Part shown: in pieces, positions 30,266-41,494 of the stretch
How the letters are laid out: the number at the start of each line of letters is the position of its first letter
Position numbering within the stretch: position 1 is the first letter of the stretch
Assembly: GCA_016783565.1 (NCBI GenBank)
Contig: JADHWI010000002.1
Coordinates: forward strand, 39,011-103,010
DNA from: Kiritimatiellia bacterium
GTDB lineage: Bacteria; Verrucomicrobiota; Kiritimatiellia; UBA8416; JADHWI01
DNA length: 64,000 nucleotides
Reading direction: 5' to 3'
Translations under genes and position numbers: made by a program
The notes under the pieces: model-generated
Told to the model about the DNA's origin: nothing
What the model saw: the letters and a program-made list of their open reading frames with translations, nothing else
The model's database searches: none

Positions 30266-30871
30266 TCAAGTCTGGATCATCTCGTTCAAAACATAGGATT
30301 TGAATTTTTCATAAGCACGTTCAAGCGAGTCATTGACCACGTGATAGCGATAATCTCCACTACGACTCATTTCCGAAGCAGCCTTGGCCAATCGGCGCTC
30401 AATCTCATCATCCGGATCTTCCCCTCGGCCCATGAGCCTCTGACGTAATGCATCCAATGAGGGAGGCTCAATAAAGATATCTACAAATGCTTTTCTGAGT
30501 GTGTCATCCACAGGACTCGTCGCCAGTCGCTCACGAATCTGAGCCGCTCCCTGCACATCAATATCCATCAAAACGGATTGTCCGGACTCCAATGAGGACG
30601 CAACTGAGTCACGCAAGGTTCCATAAAGATTACCATGCACCGTGGCATATTCTAAGAATTCACCGGCCGCAATGCGCTTCCGAAATTCACATTCATCCAG
30701 GAAATGATAATCCACACCATCCTGCTCAGCCCCTCGTGGATGGCGCGTCGTACAGGACACAGAATAAGCCAAGCCGGTCACTTCCTGAAGCAATCGATCA
30801 CACAATGTGGTCTTCCCTGCACCTGAAGGCGCGGAGACCACGATCAATAAATTCCTGTTTCCCACGGGCAT
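30266..30871 (-). CDS. gmk: Guanylate kinase
   Basis: P-loop SAPSGAGKTTL. 201 aa. Confidence 0.9.
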   Translation of the reverse strand: MPVGNRNLLIVVSAPSGAGKTTLCDRLLQEVTGLAYSVSCTTRHPRGAEQDGVDYHFLDECEFRKRIAAGEFLEYATVHGNLYGTLRDSVASSLESGQSVLMDIDVQGAAQIRERLATSPVDDTLRKAFVDIFIEPPSLDALRQRLMGRGEDPDDEIERRLAKAASEMSRSGDYRYHVVNDSLERAYEKFKSYVLNEMIQT

Positions 30872-30890
30872 CCCCCATCAAAATCAGCGT

Positions 30891-31772
30891 TTACTCTACG
30901 TTCTGCACTTGTTCCCGTACGGCCTCAAGTCCCGTCTTAAAATGCACCACGTATGACGCGATGGTTGCATCATTTGCCTTGGACCCGATGGTATTTATTT
31001 CTCTGAACATCTCCTGGCAAAGAAAATCAAGCGCACGACCGGATGGTCCTTTACCGTCGATCATGTCCCGCGTCTGGGCGAAATGACTTTTCAGGCGCGT
31101 AATCTCTTCGGCAATGTCGCACCGATCCGCAAACACTACGACCTCTTTCCATAAACCTTGACGATCCTCCTCGGCTTTAACGCCGGCTTCGGCCAACCGT
31201 TTGCGCAGCAAGTCACGATAACGCGGTACGACCTTGGGTGCAGCTCTCTCGATTTGGCGCAAACGCTGCTCCAGTCGCTTCAATCGCGTAAGAATATCCT
31301 TTTCCAGCGCAACACCCTCGGTCTTCTCCATCTGCCGCAATTCTCGGAGCGCTTGCGTCACAGAACGCTTTACCAGCGGCCAGGCGCGCGAGGTATCATC
31401 AGCCGCGCTCTCAACACGCACGACATCGGGCAGAGACATCAATGAGCGCACGGTCACATCATCCGTAACCTTCAATTTCTTTGCTGCACCGCGCAACGCC
31501 CCCACATATGCCTCAGCCGCAGCCATATCGACCTTAACCGATCGCTTGCCATTTCCAGCACTGCTGACCTTGACAAGCCCCTGCACATAACCACGGCGGA
31601 CAGACTTGTGGATCAACTCATAGATGCGCGATTCCAACACTGACAATCCCCGAGGAAGGCTGATCCGCGCATCGAATTGTTTTCGATTCACAGAGCTGAT
31701 TTCCACCTCAACTTTAACACCCGAGGAACTCGCCTCACCGCGACCAAAACCCGTCATGCTTATTAATGCCAT
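30891..31772 (-). CDS. yicC: YicC family stress-induced protein
   Basis: MALISMTGFGRGEA N-terminus and 293 aa length are typical of YicC. Conserved position upstream of gmk. Confidence 0.8.
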   Translation of the reverse strand: MALISMTGFGRGEASSSGVKVEVEISSVNRKQFDARISLPRGLSVLESRIYELIHKSVRRGYVQGLVKVSSAGNGKRSVKVDMAAAEAYVGALRGAAKKLKVTDDVTVRSLMSLPDVVRVESAADDTSRAWPLVKRSVTQALRELRQMEKTEGVALEKDILTRLKRLEQRLRQIERAAPKVVPRYRDLLRKRLAEAGVKAEEDRQGLWKEVVVFADRCDIAEEITRLKSHFAQTRDMIDGKGPSGRALDFLCQEMFREINTIGSKANDATIASYVVHFKTGLEAVREQVQNVE

Positions 31773-31782
31773 AAAACCCTCT

Positions 31783-32899
31783 CTACGCTTTAACTGCTCG
31801 ATCCTTTGCCCGCTTTTTTAAACAGGCCTCAATAAACATCTGAATGTCACCGTCTAGTACCGCCTGCACATTCGACGTCTCAGCGCTGGTCCGGTGGTCC
31901 TTGACCATCGTATACGGTTGCATCACGTAAGAGCGAATCTGGCTCCCCCACGAAATCTCACCCTTCTCGCCATAGAATTTTTCCATGTCCTTGCGCTTCT
32001 GGTCTTCGGTCCACTCGTAAACCTTGGAGCGCAACATCTTCATGGCCTTGGCCCGGTTTTTATGCTGCGAACGCTCCGCCTGACAAGCCACCACAATCCC
32101 GGTAGGAAGATGCGTGATGCGCACAGCCGAATCCGTCGTGTTCACATGCTGACCGCCCGCACCGCTAGCGCGGTACGTATCAATCTTCAAGTCCGTTTCA
32201 GCGATATCCAGTTCCACGTCATCATCCAACTCTGCGACAACATCCAGAGCGGCAAACGAAGTATGACGCCGCTTATTGGAGTCATAAGGACTAATGCGAA
32301 CCAAACGGTGCACGCCACGCTCTGCACTCAGGTAACCATATGCATTCAAACCGCTGACAAGAACAGTCACGCTCTTGATCCCCGCTTCGTCCCCCGGTTG
32401 AAATTCCGCAATTTCCAAGTCAAACCCGTGGGTCTCACAATAGCGGCTATACATACGCAGCAACATCTCAGCCCAGTCACATGACTCTGTACCTCCTGCA
32501 CCGGCATGCAGCGTCAAGTAAGCATTCTTGGCATCGAATCGCCCCGCAAGCAAAGACTGCATCTCCAGAACCGAATACAACTTCTCGCATTGCTGGAGCT
32601 GAGCGGCCGCCTCCCTGAGACTTCCCTCATCTCCACCCTCTTCTGAGAGTTCGAGAAACACATCCACATCTTCCAGACCCGTTTTCACCTCATTAAAAGG
32701 CTTTACAACCGCACGATGGCGGTTGGCTTTCTCAATAACTTTGCGCGCTTCATTTCCATCGTTCCAAAAATCTGGAGACGCTGCCTGTTCATCCAGTTCA
32801 TGGAGTGCCTCTTCATGATGAGCGACGTCAAAGATAACCTCGCATTTCTTCAACGCGCTGCTTCAACTCGGATAACTGCTGCAAAATCTCTTCTTTCAT
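31783..32899 (-). CDS. prfB: Peptide chain release factor 2, requiring programmed +1 ribosomal frameshift
   Basis: Frame 0 runs 32899..32831 (MKEEILQQLSELKQRVEEMRGYL) and meets TGA at 32830..32828. The +1 frame continues DVAHHEE… to 31783. GGQ motif SGAGGQHVNTTDSAVR. Confidence 0.9.
32827..32842 (-). other. RF2 autoregulatory +1 frameshift site (SD-like GAGG + CTT TGA C)
   Basis: Minus-strand sequence cGAGGttatCTTTGAC; identical slippery/stop context to the E. coli prfB recoding site. Confidence 0.85.
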
Positions 32900-32928
32900 G
32901 AAATGTATATCCTTCTCTTATTAATACA

Positions 32929-34647
32929 TTATGCTGGCGACAAGGCTTTCCTGCTTAAGCGGGATTCTCTCACCATAATTCCCATTTGAATAAACATCAG
33001 AATAACACAGGGGAGTGCAAATCCCCAATCCCCGAAACGGGTGTAGACCGTACTGCCGGAAGTATCAGTCGGTATGGATACACCATATACGGCAAATCCC
33101 GGCAACTCGGCATCTTCATCCGACCCCAAGAGTATGCGGGCCTTGCCCGTCCTGTCAATGTGACAGGTGATACCGGTGTTGGACGCCCGTACCATGGGAC
33201 GACGATTTTCAACACAGCGAAATATCGCATGCGACATATGCTGAACAGAACCCGACGACCCATCAAACCAGGCATCATTCGTTTGATTAATCAGCAGGTT
33301 TGCACCCGCCTGGACCGCTTCACGAGAAAGTTCAGGAAAGACATCTTCAAAACAAATCAACGGAGACAACCGCACTTGCGTACCCGGCAACGAGAATACC
33401 TTCATACGCTCTCCGGGAACACAGCTTACACCAAGAGGAGCCCATCGTTGCAATGATGGAATCAGACGATCGAACGGGATGTACTCGCCAAACGGAACCA
33501 GGTGCTTCTTACGATAGCGCCCCATGATCACTCCATCGACACCATACAAAAAGCTGCTGTTCCAGCAGCATACCTCTGACTCCAGTTGAGACACCTCCAT
33601 GGCACCCACCAGAATAGGCACGCCCTCACCGGCGAGCTCCGCTGCAAAGCGTGCCGATTGTTCATCGTGCGGCAACGGCCCGGGCAACGCGGTCTCCGGC
33701 CAAACGACAAGCTGGGGAGACGCAATCAATGCAAGCCGCGTCTGACCAGCCAAACGTTCAAAAATATTCTCAACGGTCCGGGCTTCCCATTTTTCCGCCT
33801 GAACCACAGCGGGTTGCACCGCAGCGACTCTGACTTCAGGCTCCACCCGTTGCGTACGTAAGGTAGCCACGGTACGGGTTCCGCTGATCCAGCACGCCAG
33901 GCACAACAGCAAGCCCGTCGCCAGCTCCGGCCGAAAACGCCGTCGCTTTTCCTGTGTCCTTCCGAACAAATCCAGGCACGTCAAGGCCAGGGCTGTATTC
34001 ATAATAACCACCACGGCCGAAACGGCATAAACACCACCCCAGGCCGCAACTTGCACAACCGATAAGTTTCCATACTGGCTGACACCGAGTGCATTCCATG
34101 GGAACCCCGTCAGCAGGGTCGAACGCATATATTCCGTCGCCACCCATATCACGGGAATCATCACCAACGACAAAAGCCGTCGCCAGGCAATTGCCCCACT
34201 TGTTTGAGGCGACCCCGACCCCAGGAGTCGTCGCAACCCCCATGAAATGAGGCAAAGAAACAGCCCCATATAAAGTGCACAATACCCGGAAAGGAGTATC
34301 CAGCCCAATCCCACCAAAAACACCGGGCCACCATTGGCCGACAGTCGAAGCAACCATGACAATGACGGCAACCAAAATACACACCCAGCCAGAAACCCCC
34401 AACTAAAAGCATGACGCGGAAGCGAAAATCTCGCTACCAGAATAAGAGGAATCAATCCGACCCACGCCGACTCCCACTCTCCCGCAGGGGGAAAGGCGGC
34501 AGCGAGAATGAACCCAGAGGATAGAGCACCCGCCAACCGCCACAGGGTAAACAAATGCGCTGAACCAATACGCCGAGGCTGCTTTTTATCGGGACAGGAA
34601 TCCGTCGACTCCTGCGCTGTTAAAGATGCTTCATTCATGACCGTCAA
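32929..34647 (-). CDS. lnt: Apolipoprotein N-acyltransferase
   Basis: 572 aa. N-terminal multi-TM region followed by a CN-hydrolase (nitrilase superfamily) domain. Confidence 0.8.
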   Translation of the reverse strand: MTVMNEASLTAQESTDSCPDKKQPRRIGSAHLFTLWRLAGALSSGFILAAAFPPAGEWESAWVGLIPLILVARFSLPRHAFSWGFLAGCVFWLPSLSWLLRLSANGGPVFLVGLGWILLSGYCALYMGLFLCLISWGLRRLLGSGSPQTSGAIAWRRLLSLVMIPVIWVATEYMRSTLLTGFPWNALGVSQYGNLSVVQVAAWGGVYAVSAVVVIMNTALALTCLDLFGRTQEKRRRFRPELATGLLLCLACWISGTRTVATLRTQRVEPEVRVAAVQPAVVQAEKWEARTVENIFERLAGQTRLALIASPQLVVWPETALPGPLPHDEQSARFAAELAGEGVPILVGAMEVSQLESEVCCWNSSFLYGVDGVIMGRYRKKHLVPFGEYIPFDRLIPSLQRWAPLGVSCVPGERMKVFSLPGTQVRLSPLICFEDVFPELSREAVQAGANLLINQTNDAWFDGSSGSVQHMSHAIFRCVENRRPMVRASNTGITCHIDRTGKARILLGSDEDAELPGFAVYGVSIPTDTSGSTVYTRFGDWGFALPCVILMFIQMGIMVRESRLSRKALSPA

Positions 34648-37600
34648 TCACCGACCGCAGCACTTCTTGAATTTCTTCCCACTACCGCAGGGACAAGGAT
34701 CGTTTCGGCCCACCTTCGGAACATCGCGAATCACCGGTGCAGCACTGGCTGACTGCGCACCGGGAAGCATATCAGGATGCTGCGCCCCATCAGGCGATGG
34801 TAACGCTGAACCGGTTCCGGGTTGGCCACCACGGTTGGCTGCGCCCCCTCCGAGCAACGACACATCATTGTGCACCATCATTTTTGGCAAAGAGGCCATA
34901 AAGGTCTCAAAAGACTCGGGTGATGCATGGGACCTGAACAAGGCCGTGGCCACGTCCTGCTTGATATTCCCCATCAACTCTTCAAACATCTCAAAAGCTT
35001 CACGTTTGTATTCCACCAGAGGGTCGCGCTGGCCATAGGCTCGTAGCCCCACGCCCTGGCGCAACACATCCATGGCCCGAAGATAGTCCTGCCAATGCGT
35101 GTCGATATTCTGCAGAAGAATGTGCCGCTCCATCGTATTGACAATGTCGGGTGTATCCATGCTGATCTTCAGATCATACGCGCGCTGAACTTTCTCAAAA
35201 ATAAATTCCGACAACGCAATATCATCGGTTGCCCGTTTACGAATATCGGCGATCGATACAGGAATGGGGAACGTGGAGTTAATCCATTGTACCAGATTGT
35301 CGATAGCATCACTGTCGTCAGCCGTCACCCCCTCGCATTGCACCTCAATGACATCCTGAAGCATGTCATACAAGTACTCACGTACGTTGTCGCTTCCCAC
35401 AATATCACCACGCAGACCATAGATGACTTCACGCTGACGGTTCATCACGTCATCGTATTCCAGAGTGCGTTTACGAATGGAAAAATTCTGCTGTTCAACA
35501 CGACGCTGAGCAGTCTCAATCGAACGATTCAGCCACTTGTGTTCCAGCGGTTCGCCCTCTTCCATCCCCAAACGACTCATGATCCCGGCAATCCGGTCGG
35601 ATCCAAAGAGGCGCATCAAATCATCCTCTAGAGACACATAGAAGCGTGACGCACCGGGATCTCCCTGTCGTGCACAACGACCACGCAACTGCCGGTCAAT
35701 CCGACGGGATTCATGCCGTTCAGACCCGATTACGTACAAACCACAGGGATCATCAATCAACATGTCCAATAGGGTTTTGTCACCCACCTTATCTTCTAAC
35801 GCCGTCTGAGAGGTGATGATATCGCGATCAACATGCACCACTCCCTTGCCCAACTTGATATCCGTACCGCGCCCTGCCATATTGGTCGCGATCGTCACCG
35901 CCCCAGGTTGCCCTGCACGAGTAACGACCTCTGCCTCTCCTTGATGATTCTTAGCGTTCAGCACGTTGTGTACAATCTTAGCACGCTTCAGCATCCTGCT
36001 GATCACCTCAGAGGTATCCACGCTGGCCGTACCCACTAACACAGGCTGACCATGTTCATTGCAACGACGTACTTCATCAATAATGGCGGCATATTTCTCG
36101 CGCTGTGTCTTGTAGACCAGATCGTTATAGTCCACACGACGCACAGGGCGGTTGGTGGGAATCACAATAACATCGAGACTATAAATATCAGAAAACTCAC
36201 CGGCCTCGGTTTCGGCCGTACCCGTCATGCCGGCCAGTTTTCCATACATACGGAAAAAGTTCTGAATGGTAATCGTAGCCAGCGTTTGTGTTTCACGTTC
36301 GATCTTAACGCCTTCTTTGGCCTCAACGGCCTGGTGCAGGCCATCGCTCCATCGGCGACCCGGCAATACACGCCCCGTAAACTCATCCACAATGAGCACC
36401 TGGTTGCCTTGTATCACGTACTGCACATCACGCTCATACAGGCAATACGCACGAATCAACTGGTCCACGTTATGAATTCGTTCGCTTTTTGCTGAAAATG
36501 CCTCCTGAATGGACTGCCGCTTCCGAGTACGCTCTTCTTCCGTCAAGTCGGTCTCAACATCCAGCGCCGACATGGCTGAAACAATGTCCGGCAACACATA
36601 CGCCTCGGGATCCTTGGGATTAAGCGATTCACAACCCTTATCAGTCAAGCTGGCGTCATGGCCGCGTTCATCAATGGTGAAGAACAATTCCTCGCGCAGC
36701 TCACGAGCCTGTTCTTTCCGCATATCCGTCAGCATCTGATTTTCGATCTGTTCATGAAGCTTGCGAACCGCCGGATCTTCCAACAGATGCATTAACTGCT
36801 TGTGCTTGGGCATACCGTGGTTGACCTGGTACATCTTGAGCTGAGCACCCTCGGCGTCCTCCGCCTCGAGCAACTCCTTCGCTTCACGCACAAGCCGGCT
36901 ACAGAGGGTTCTCTGCTGGGAAACCAGCGTCTCTACACGGGGTTTTAGTTCGAAATACTGATGCGACGAGACCGGAGCAGGCCCTGAAATAATCAAAGGA
37001 GTACGCGCCTCATCAATCAGGATACTATCCACTTCGTCGATAATCACGTAGTGATGTCCACGCTGGACCCGGCTTTCCGGATCAAACGCCATGCCGTTAT
37101 CACGCAAATAATCAAACCCGAACTCACTGTTCGTGCCATACGTGATATCCATGGCATACTGCTCACGACGCTCCGGAGGGGTCATCTGATTCTGGATACA
37201 ACCAACCGTAACCCCAAGATAGTTGTAAACCTGTCCCATCCATTGAGCATCGCGGCGAGCGAGGAAGTCATTCACCGTCACCAAATGTACGTTCTCACCG
37301 GAAAGCGCCGCAAGATACATGGGCATGGTTGCGGCCAGCGTTTTACCTTCGCCCGTGGCGAGTTCAGCAATCTTGCCCTGATGCAAAACAATCCCGGCCA
37401 TGATCTGGCTATCCCATGGCACCTCACTCCATGTTATATCGTGGCCGCAGACATCAAACGTGGTGCCCACCAAACGGCGACAGGCGTTCCTGACCGTGGC
37501 AAAGGCTTCGCACATCAGGTCATCAAGAGACTCCCCTCCGGCAAAACGCTCACGATACTCTATCGTCTTGTGCTTAAGCTGCTCATCGGTCAAAGCCTTA

Positions 37601-37701
37601 AACTCTTCGTCCAACGCATTAACTCGCGCAACAAGAGGCTTGAGTGCCTTTATGTCACGATCATGCTTGGTTCCGAACATCTGTTTAAAAACACGAAACA
37701 T
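34648..37701 (-). CDS. secA: Preprotein translocase ATPase SecA
   Basis: 1017 aa. N-terminus [28 protein letters not shown]-like motor, and C-terminal zinc finger [14 protein letters not shown]. Confidence 0.95.
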   Translation of the reverse strand: MFRVFKQMFGTKHDRDIKALKPLVARVNALDEEFKALTDEQLKHKTIEYRERFAGGESLDDLMCEAFATVRNACRRLVGTTFDVCGHDITWSEVPWDSQIMAGIVLHQGKIAELATGEGKTLAATMPMYLAALSGENVHLVTVNDFLARRDAQWMGQVYNYLGVTVGCIQNQMTPPERREQYAMDITYGTNSEFGFDYLRDNGMAFDPESRVQRGHHYVIIDEVDSILIDEARTPLIISGPAPVSSHQYFELKPRVETLVSQQRTLCSRLVREAKELLEAEDAEGAQLKMYQVNHGMPKHKQLMHLLEDPAVRKLHEQIENQMLTDMRKEQARELREELFFTIDERGHDASLTDKGCESLNPKDPEAYVLPDIVSAMSALDVETDLTEEERTRKRQSIQEAFSAKSERIHNVDQLIRAYCLYERDVQYVIQGNQVLIVDEFTGRVLPGRRWSDGLHQAVEAKEGVKIERETQTLATITIQNFFRMYGKLAGMTGTAETEAGEFSDIYSLDVIVIPTNRPVRRVDYNDLVYKTQREKYAAIIDEVRRCNEHGQPVLVGTASVDTSEVISRMLKRAKIVHNVLNAKNHQGEAEVVTRAGQPGAVTIATNMAGRGTDIKLGKGVVHVDRDIITSQTALEDKVGDKTLLDMLIDDPCGLYVIGSERHESRRIDRQLRGRCARQGDPGASRFYVSLEDDLMRLFGSDRIAGIMSRLGMEEGEPLEHKWLNRSIETAQRRVEQQNFSIRKRTLEYDDVMNRQREVIYGLRGDIVGSDNVREYLYDMLQDVIEVQCEGVTADDSDAIDNLVQWINSTFPIPVSIADIRKRATDDIALSEFIFEKVQRAYDLKISMDTPDIVNTMERHILLQNIDTHWQDYLRAMDVLRQGVGLRAYGQRDPLVEYKREAFEMFEELMGNIKQDVATALFRSHASPESFETFMASLPKMMVHNDVSLLGGGAANRGGQPGTGSALPSPDGAQHPDMLPGAQSASAAPVIRDVPKVGRNDPCPCGSGKKFKKCCGR

Positions 37702-37835
37702 TCCATATCTCCATCGTTCAACACTGGCGTATTTAGCCCGCCCGACTCACCCGAAATGATGCGCGTATAGTTGACAGGAAACCCACACCAAGTGCAATGC
37801 TAATCATGCGAGGAAGCCAAGGTCTTACAAGGGGG

Positions 37836-38567
37836 TTATCGCCCCAATTCAAGACGCTTGGCAAGGCGTTCAGGAAGCCCCGCAGCGCGGATCTTTTCCT
37901 GAGTGATGGCAATATCATAAGGAATACGACGCAATTCAACCAACCGCTCAGTGGGCGAATAGATCACATAGGCTGCCCGAGGATCGCCATCACGAGGTTG
38001 CCCGACACTGCCCGTATTAATAAAATACTTTCGGCCAAGCCCAAGAGACAAGGAGGTTAACGTTTTACGCTTCACACGCCCTTCTTTCTCATAGATGACA
38101 GGAACATGCGTGTGTCCGTAAAAACAAACAGAAGTATTTTGATAATTGAAATGAGCTTCAGCTTCCAACGTATCAAAGACATAGCCCCATTTCTCGGGCA
38201 TATCCAAAGTACTGTGCACCAGTGTGATTCCACTGAGCTTATGCGTCAATCGCAGCCCCTTCAGGTACGCAATTTGATCAGATGTAAGCTGTCGCCGTGT
38301 CCAGTCGATGACATTGGCTGCGAGAGGATGAAAATCGTCAAGAGACTCGTCATGAGAACAATAGTGATCGTGATTGCCGCGCACGCACACGCAACACATT
38401 TCACGAATCATCTCCAGGCACTCCGCAGGATCTGCATTATATCCGACTACATCGCCCACACAAATATAGTCCGTGACCCCTTGCTCCCGCGCGTCCTTCA
38501 AGACGGCGGTCAACGCTTCGAGATTGGAGTGAACATCACCCAGTAAAGCATATTTTCCAGCGTGCAT
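37836..38567 (-). CDS. Metallophosphoesterase (calcineurin-like, YfcE type)
   Basis: GDVHSN…GD.VGY…GNHD motifs. Confidence 0.75.
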   Translation of the reverse strand: MHAGKYALLGDVHSNLEALTAVLKDAREQGVTDYICVGDVVGYNADPAECLEMIREMCCVCVRGNHDHYCSHDESLDDFHPLAANVIDWTRRQLTSDQIAYLKGLRLTHKLSGITLVHSTLDMPEKWGYVFDTLEAEAHFNYQNTSVCFYGHTHVPVIYEKEGRVKRKTLTSLSLGLGRKYFINTGSVGQPRDGDPRAAYVIYSPTERLVELRRIPYDIAITQEKIRAAGLPERLAKRLELGR

Positions 38568-38577
38568 AGACTAATCG

Positions 38578-39255
38578 TTACAGTTTCAGAAGCGCGGCAG
38601 CAATCAACAGATCGTCCGCTGCTGTGACTTTAATATTGGATGCTGCTGACGGAACGAGACGCACACCATCGGTCACAAGTTCAACCGCAGAGGCCTCGTC
38701 TGTTACCGTCACGTTCTCTTTTTTCACATGCGAGAACGCCTCCTGCAACAGGTCATACTTGAAGCTTTGAGGTGTCTGCACGGCCCAAAGTTTTTCTCTT
38801 GGGATGGTTTTCGTCACCACATAACCACGTTCAACGTACTTCATTGTATCCGTGACTTTTACTGCTGCAATGCCCGATCCATAGCGTTTGGCGGTCTTCA
38901 CCGTATCCGAAATGATTTCAGGCGTGATGCAAGGCCTTGCGCCATCATGTACAGACACGATACTGGTGTTCGCGGGACATGCGGCAAGACCATTCGACAC
39001 CGATACCTGCCGCTTGGCTCCACCCGGTATCACCGTTGTCACCTTTGCACATCCAAACATGCGCGCCATGGACCAGGCCGCATCCACACGATCACGTCGC
39101 ACGACAACTACAACTTCATCTATATCATCGCAATTTTCGAAAGCAATCATGGAATATGCAAGCACGGGACGCGGTCCCAGGCTCAAAAACGCTTTATCCA
39201 CTTTGGCGCCCATACGTTCGCCACGACCGCCTGCTACAAGAATACCAACATTCAT
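38578..39255 (-). CDS. ispD: 2-C-methyl-D-erythritol 4-phosphate cytidylyltransferase
   Basis: MNVGILVAGGRGERMG N-terminus. 225 aa. Confidence 0.85.
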   Translation of the reverse strand: MNVGILVAGGRGERMGAKVDKAFLSLGPRPVLAYSMIAFENCDDIDEVVVVVRRDRVDAAWSMARMFGCAKVTTVIPGGAKRQVSVSNGLAACPANTSIVSVHDGARPCITPEIISDTVKTAKRYGSGIAAVKVTDTMKYVERGYVVTKTIPREKLWAVQTPQSFKYDLLQEAFSHVKKENVTVTDEASAVELVTDGVRLVPSAASNIKVTAADDLLIAAALLKL

Positions 39256-39468
39256 ATCATCCTACCTCCACCGTGATGCTTTGCTACGCCTTCCACAAAA
39301 CGCATGCAAACCAACAGAACGGGACTTACCCGCCAGATTACGGCACAAAAAGACCGCCTTTACCATTCGCACCACGGGCAAAGAATAGTACCTCCAGCCC
39401 AAACCGTCAAGCCCTGGAAGCCGCTAAACCACCCGCAGCAGCAATTCTGCCCTCTTTTCCGAGTGAAA

Positions 39469-40338
39469 TCACATAAACTGCGGAAGAACTTCCGGCAACC
39501 ACTCACTGAAACCGCGTGGCAAGGGTGCGCCAAGGGCCGCTAGTCGGTCGGTGGCTAAGTGACTGTTGACGGGACGCGTCGCAAGCCGCTCAGGATCAGA
39601 CTGCATGCGCTGAATATGGCTGGCATCACGCCCTAATGCCTGAGTCACCGCAACGGCCCATCTGTAACGCGTCGTTGCTTCATGAGCACCTGCATGCAGT
39701 GTGCCGACATAATCATTCGCCAACAGAAATGCAATCACGTCAGCCACATCTTGCGTGTGCGTGGGATAACGCACAATCACATCGTCCTGAAAAGATTCAG
39801 TCTCCGAATAAGCCGCGCGAATACCATCTACAAGCATGGGCGACTCCACAGGTGAAGGAGGATAGCCCCAGAGACCAGGGACACGCAGGATAACGGCATT
39901 CGAGTTCACGCGCCGCACGCTCAATTCTCCCTCAAGCTTGGCCTCTCCATAGAAATTGACTGGATTCGTAGGGTCATCCTCGGAATAAGGTGGATGTGCA
40001 CCATCAAAAACATAGTCCGTGGAAATGTGAATCATGCGTGCGTCACGCGCCAGTGCCATGGCAGCAAGCTGCCCCGGCACCTCCCCGTTTAAACGCAGAC
40101 TTGCCTCTCGATTCTCTTCACAATAGTCCGGACTGCGAAACGCCGCACAATGCACAAGCGCATTCCACGGTTCATCATTCAGAGTCTCAAGCGCCGCGCC
40201 ATCAAGAAGATCCAGACAACAGGTTCCCGGCAAACGCATGGTACGCGACAATCCAAAAACGTCATTGTCACGCGACAATCGTTCCACAACGGCCGTCCCC
40301 AGCAACCCACTGGCTCCCGTAACAAGAATGCGCGCCAT
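39469..40338 (-). CDS. rfbD: dTDP-4-dehydrorhamnose reductase-like NAD(P)-dependent reductase
   Basis: Rossmann N-terminus MARILVTGASGLLG. 289 aa, typical RmlD length. Confidence 0.55.
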   Translation of the reverse strand: MARILVTGASGLLGTAVVERLSRDNDVFGLSRTMRLPGTCCLDLLDGAALETLNDEPWNALVHCAAFRSPDYCEENREASLRLNGEVPGQLAAMALARDARMIHISTDYVFDGAHPPYSEDDPTNPVNFYGEAKLEGELSVRRVNSNAVILRVPGLWGYPPSPVESPMLVDGIRAAYSETESFQDDVIVRYPTHTQDVADVIAFLLANDYVGTLHAGAHEATTRYRWAVAVTQALGRDASHIQRMQSDPERLATRPVNSHLATDRLAALGAPLPRGFSEWLPEVLPQFM

Positions 40339-40343
40339 GACCT

Positions 40344-41462
40344 TTATACATCCCGTCCAAAATTGGGATTCTCTGTACGGAAAGTGTACTCGCGCTCGAT
40401 GTCCTCCATCATCATCTCATACATCGGCGTATCAGGCTGAATCACACGGTTTTCAATGGGCTCTCCGTCAGCAATACGGAAGATATCTTCGAGGTAACTT
40501 TCTGCATCCAACCCCTGCAAACGCGGATCGAGATAATGCCCGTACAAATGCAGAGAATCATTAATATCCGTGTAGCTGCCACGTCGTACCGGCACACCCA
40601 GAGATTCCTCCACGCCACGCCGTACTTCTTCATGCATGCCCTCGGTGACACCGAAAATGTTGGACGGGACTGCCTTGAGATGATCCCGCGATCGCCAGTG
40701 CCCGTTCACATTCAAGATGTAGCCATCCTCTCCTTCAACCTTCTGCAATCGAAACCAGAAACGCTGCAGGCAGGGCGAGTGATAGGCCGACCACTGAAAA
40801 TCGCCCATTTGGCAATCATTGTGGTCCCAACGTGGATCCCATGTAATGCACTGTGCCGAACGGCTTGTAGGATTCCTCGTCAAATTCCCGACAACAGATT
40901 TCAACTGGTTCACAACCTTCAGATCACCGTGAAAATCAAAATAGGGGTACGCGCGGAACCGCTGGCTGTACGTATAATTCCAGCGTTCATCCGACTTCAC
41001 ATCATCAAAAGCATTTTCGCGCATTTTGTCGGCCACGTCCGACGGCTGAATCATCCATCCGTCTTTGACACCCTCAATCTCAGCACGATAATCCCCGAAC
41101 CCAAGCCAGCCGCCAAGGTAATGCTTGTGGAATCGAGGCTCCCCAAACGGCTCCTCAATATGCATCATGACCGTGGCTTCCAAACTGGGGAAACTTGTGT
41201 ATGTCCCTGATTTATCCGTTGGATCATAATGCGTATGAATCTCTTGCCCGATCGCCATGAGAGCCATCATCGTGTCTTCCCATACCTCCGGCAACGTGCG
41301 ACGGCAAACATGAATAGAAGGAAAATGGTTCTGCGAAGGCTCTGAGAACGAAAGCTTGCCCTGGTCACGCAAGGCATAGGTATACTCCTTTGCCCGTCTG
41401 CGCGCTTCTGCAAATGTCGCTTCCGGCCCCTTATTCTCAAGCATTTCTTTGACCACACTCAC
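40344..41462 (-). CDS. Thymidylate synthase (ThyA) fold protein with ~150-aa N-terminal extension
   Basis: Alignable to ThyA: NPTSRSAQCITWDP~DSRRIIVSAWNP, SPCLQRFWF~APCHAFFQF (catalytic Cys), WRSRDH~QRSCD, PSNIFG~PFNIAS (dUMP Asn), SLHLYGHY~DTHLYSNH. Confidence 0.6.
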   Translation of the reverse strand: MSVVKEMLENKGPEATFAEARRRAKEYTYALRDQGKLSFSEPSQNHFPSIHVCRRTLPEVWEDTMMALMAIGQEIHTHYDPTDKSGTYTSFPSLEATVMMHIEEPFGEPRFHKHYLGGWLGFGDYRAEIEGVKDGWMIQPSDVADKMRENAFDDVKSDERWNYTYSQRFRAYPYFDFHGDLKVVNQLKSVVGNLTRNPTSRSAQCITWDPRWDHNDCQMGDFQWSAYHSPCLQRFWFRLQKVEGEDGYILNVNGHWRSRDHLKAVPSNIFGVTEGMHEEVRRGVEESLGVPVRRGSYTDINDSLHLYGHYLDPRLQGLDAESYLEDIFRIADGEPIENRVIQPDTPMYEMMMEDIEREYTFRTENPNFGRDV

Positions 41463-41494
41463 AATGAATCTCCTTAACTATATGATTAAATACG

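Noticed and set aside
33836-34402. 188-aa Gly/Trp-rich ORF on the - strand
   Set aside because: Alternative frame inside lnt on the same strand. The lnt frame carries the CN-hydrolase domain and the TM topology.
35095-37770. Several 150-240-aa ORFs on the + strand (35095..35631, 36052..36495, 37051..37770)
   Set aside because: All lie antisense within secA.
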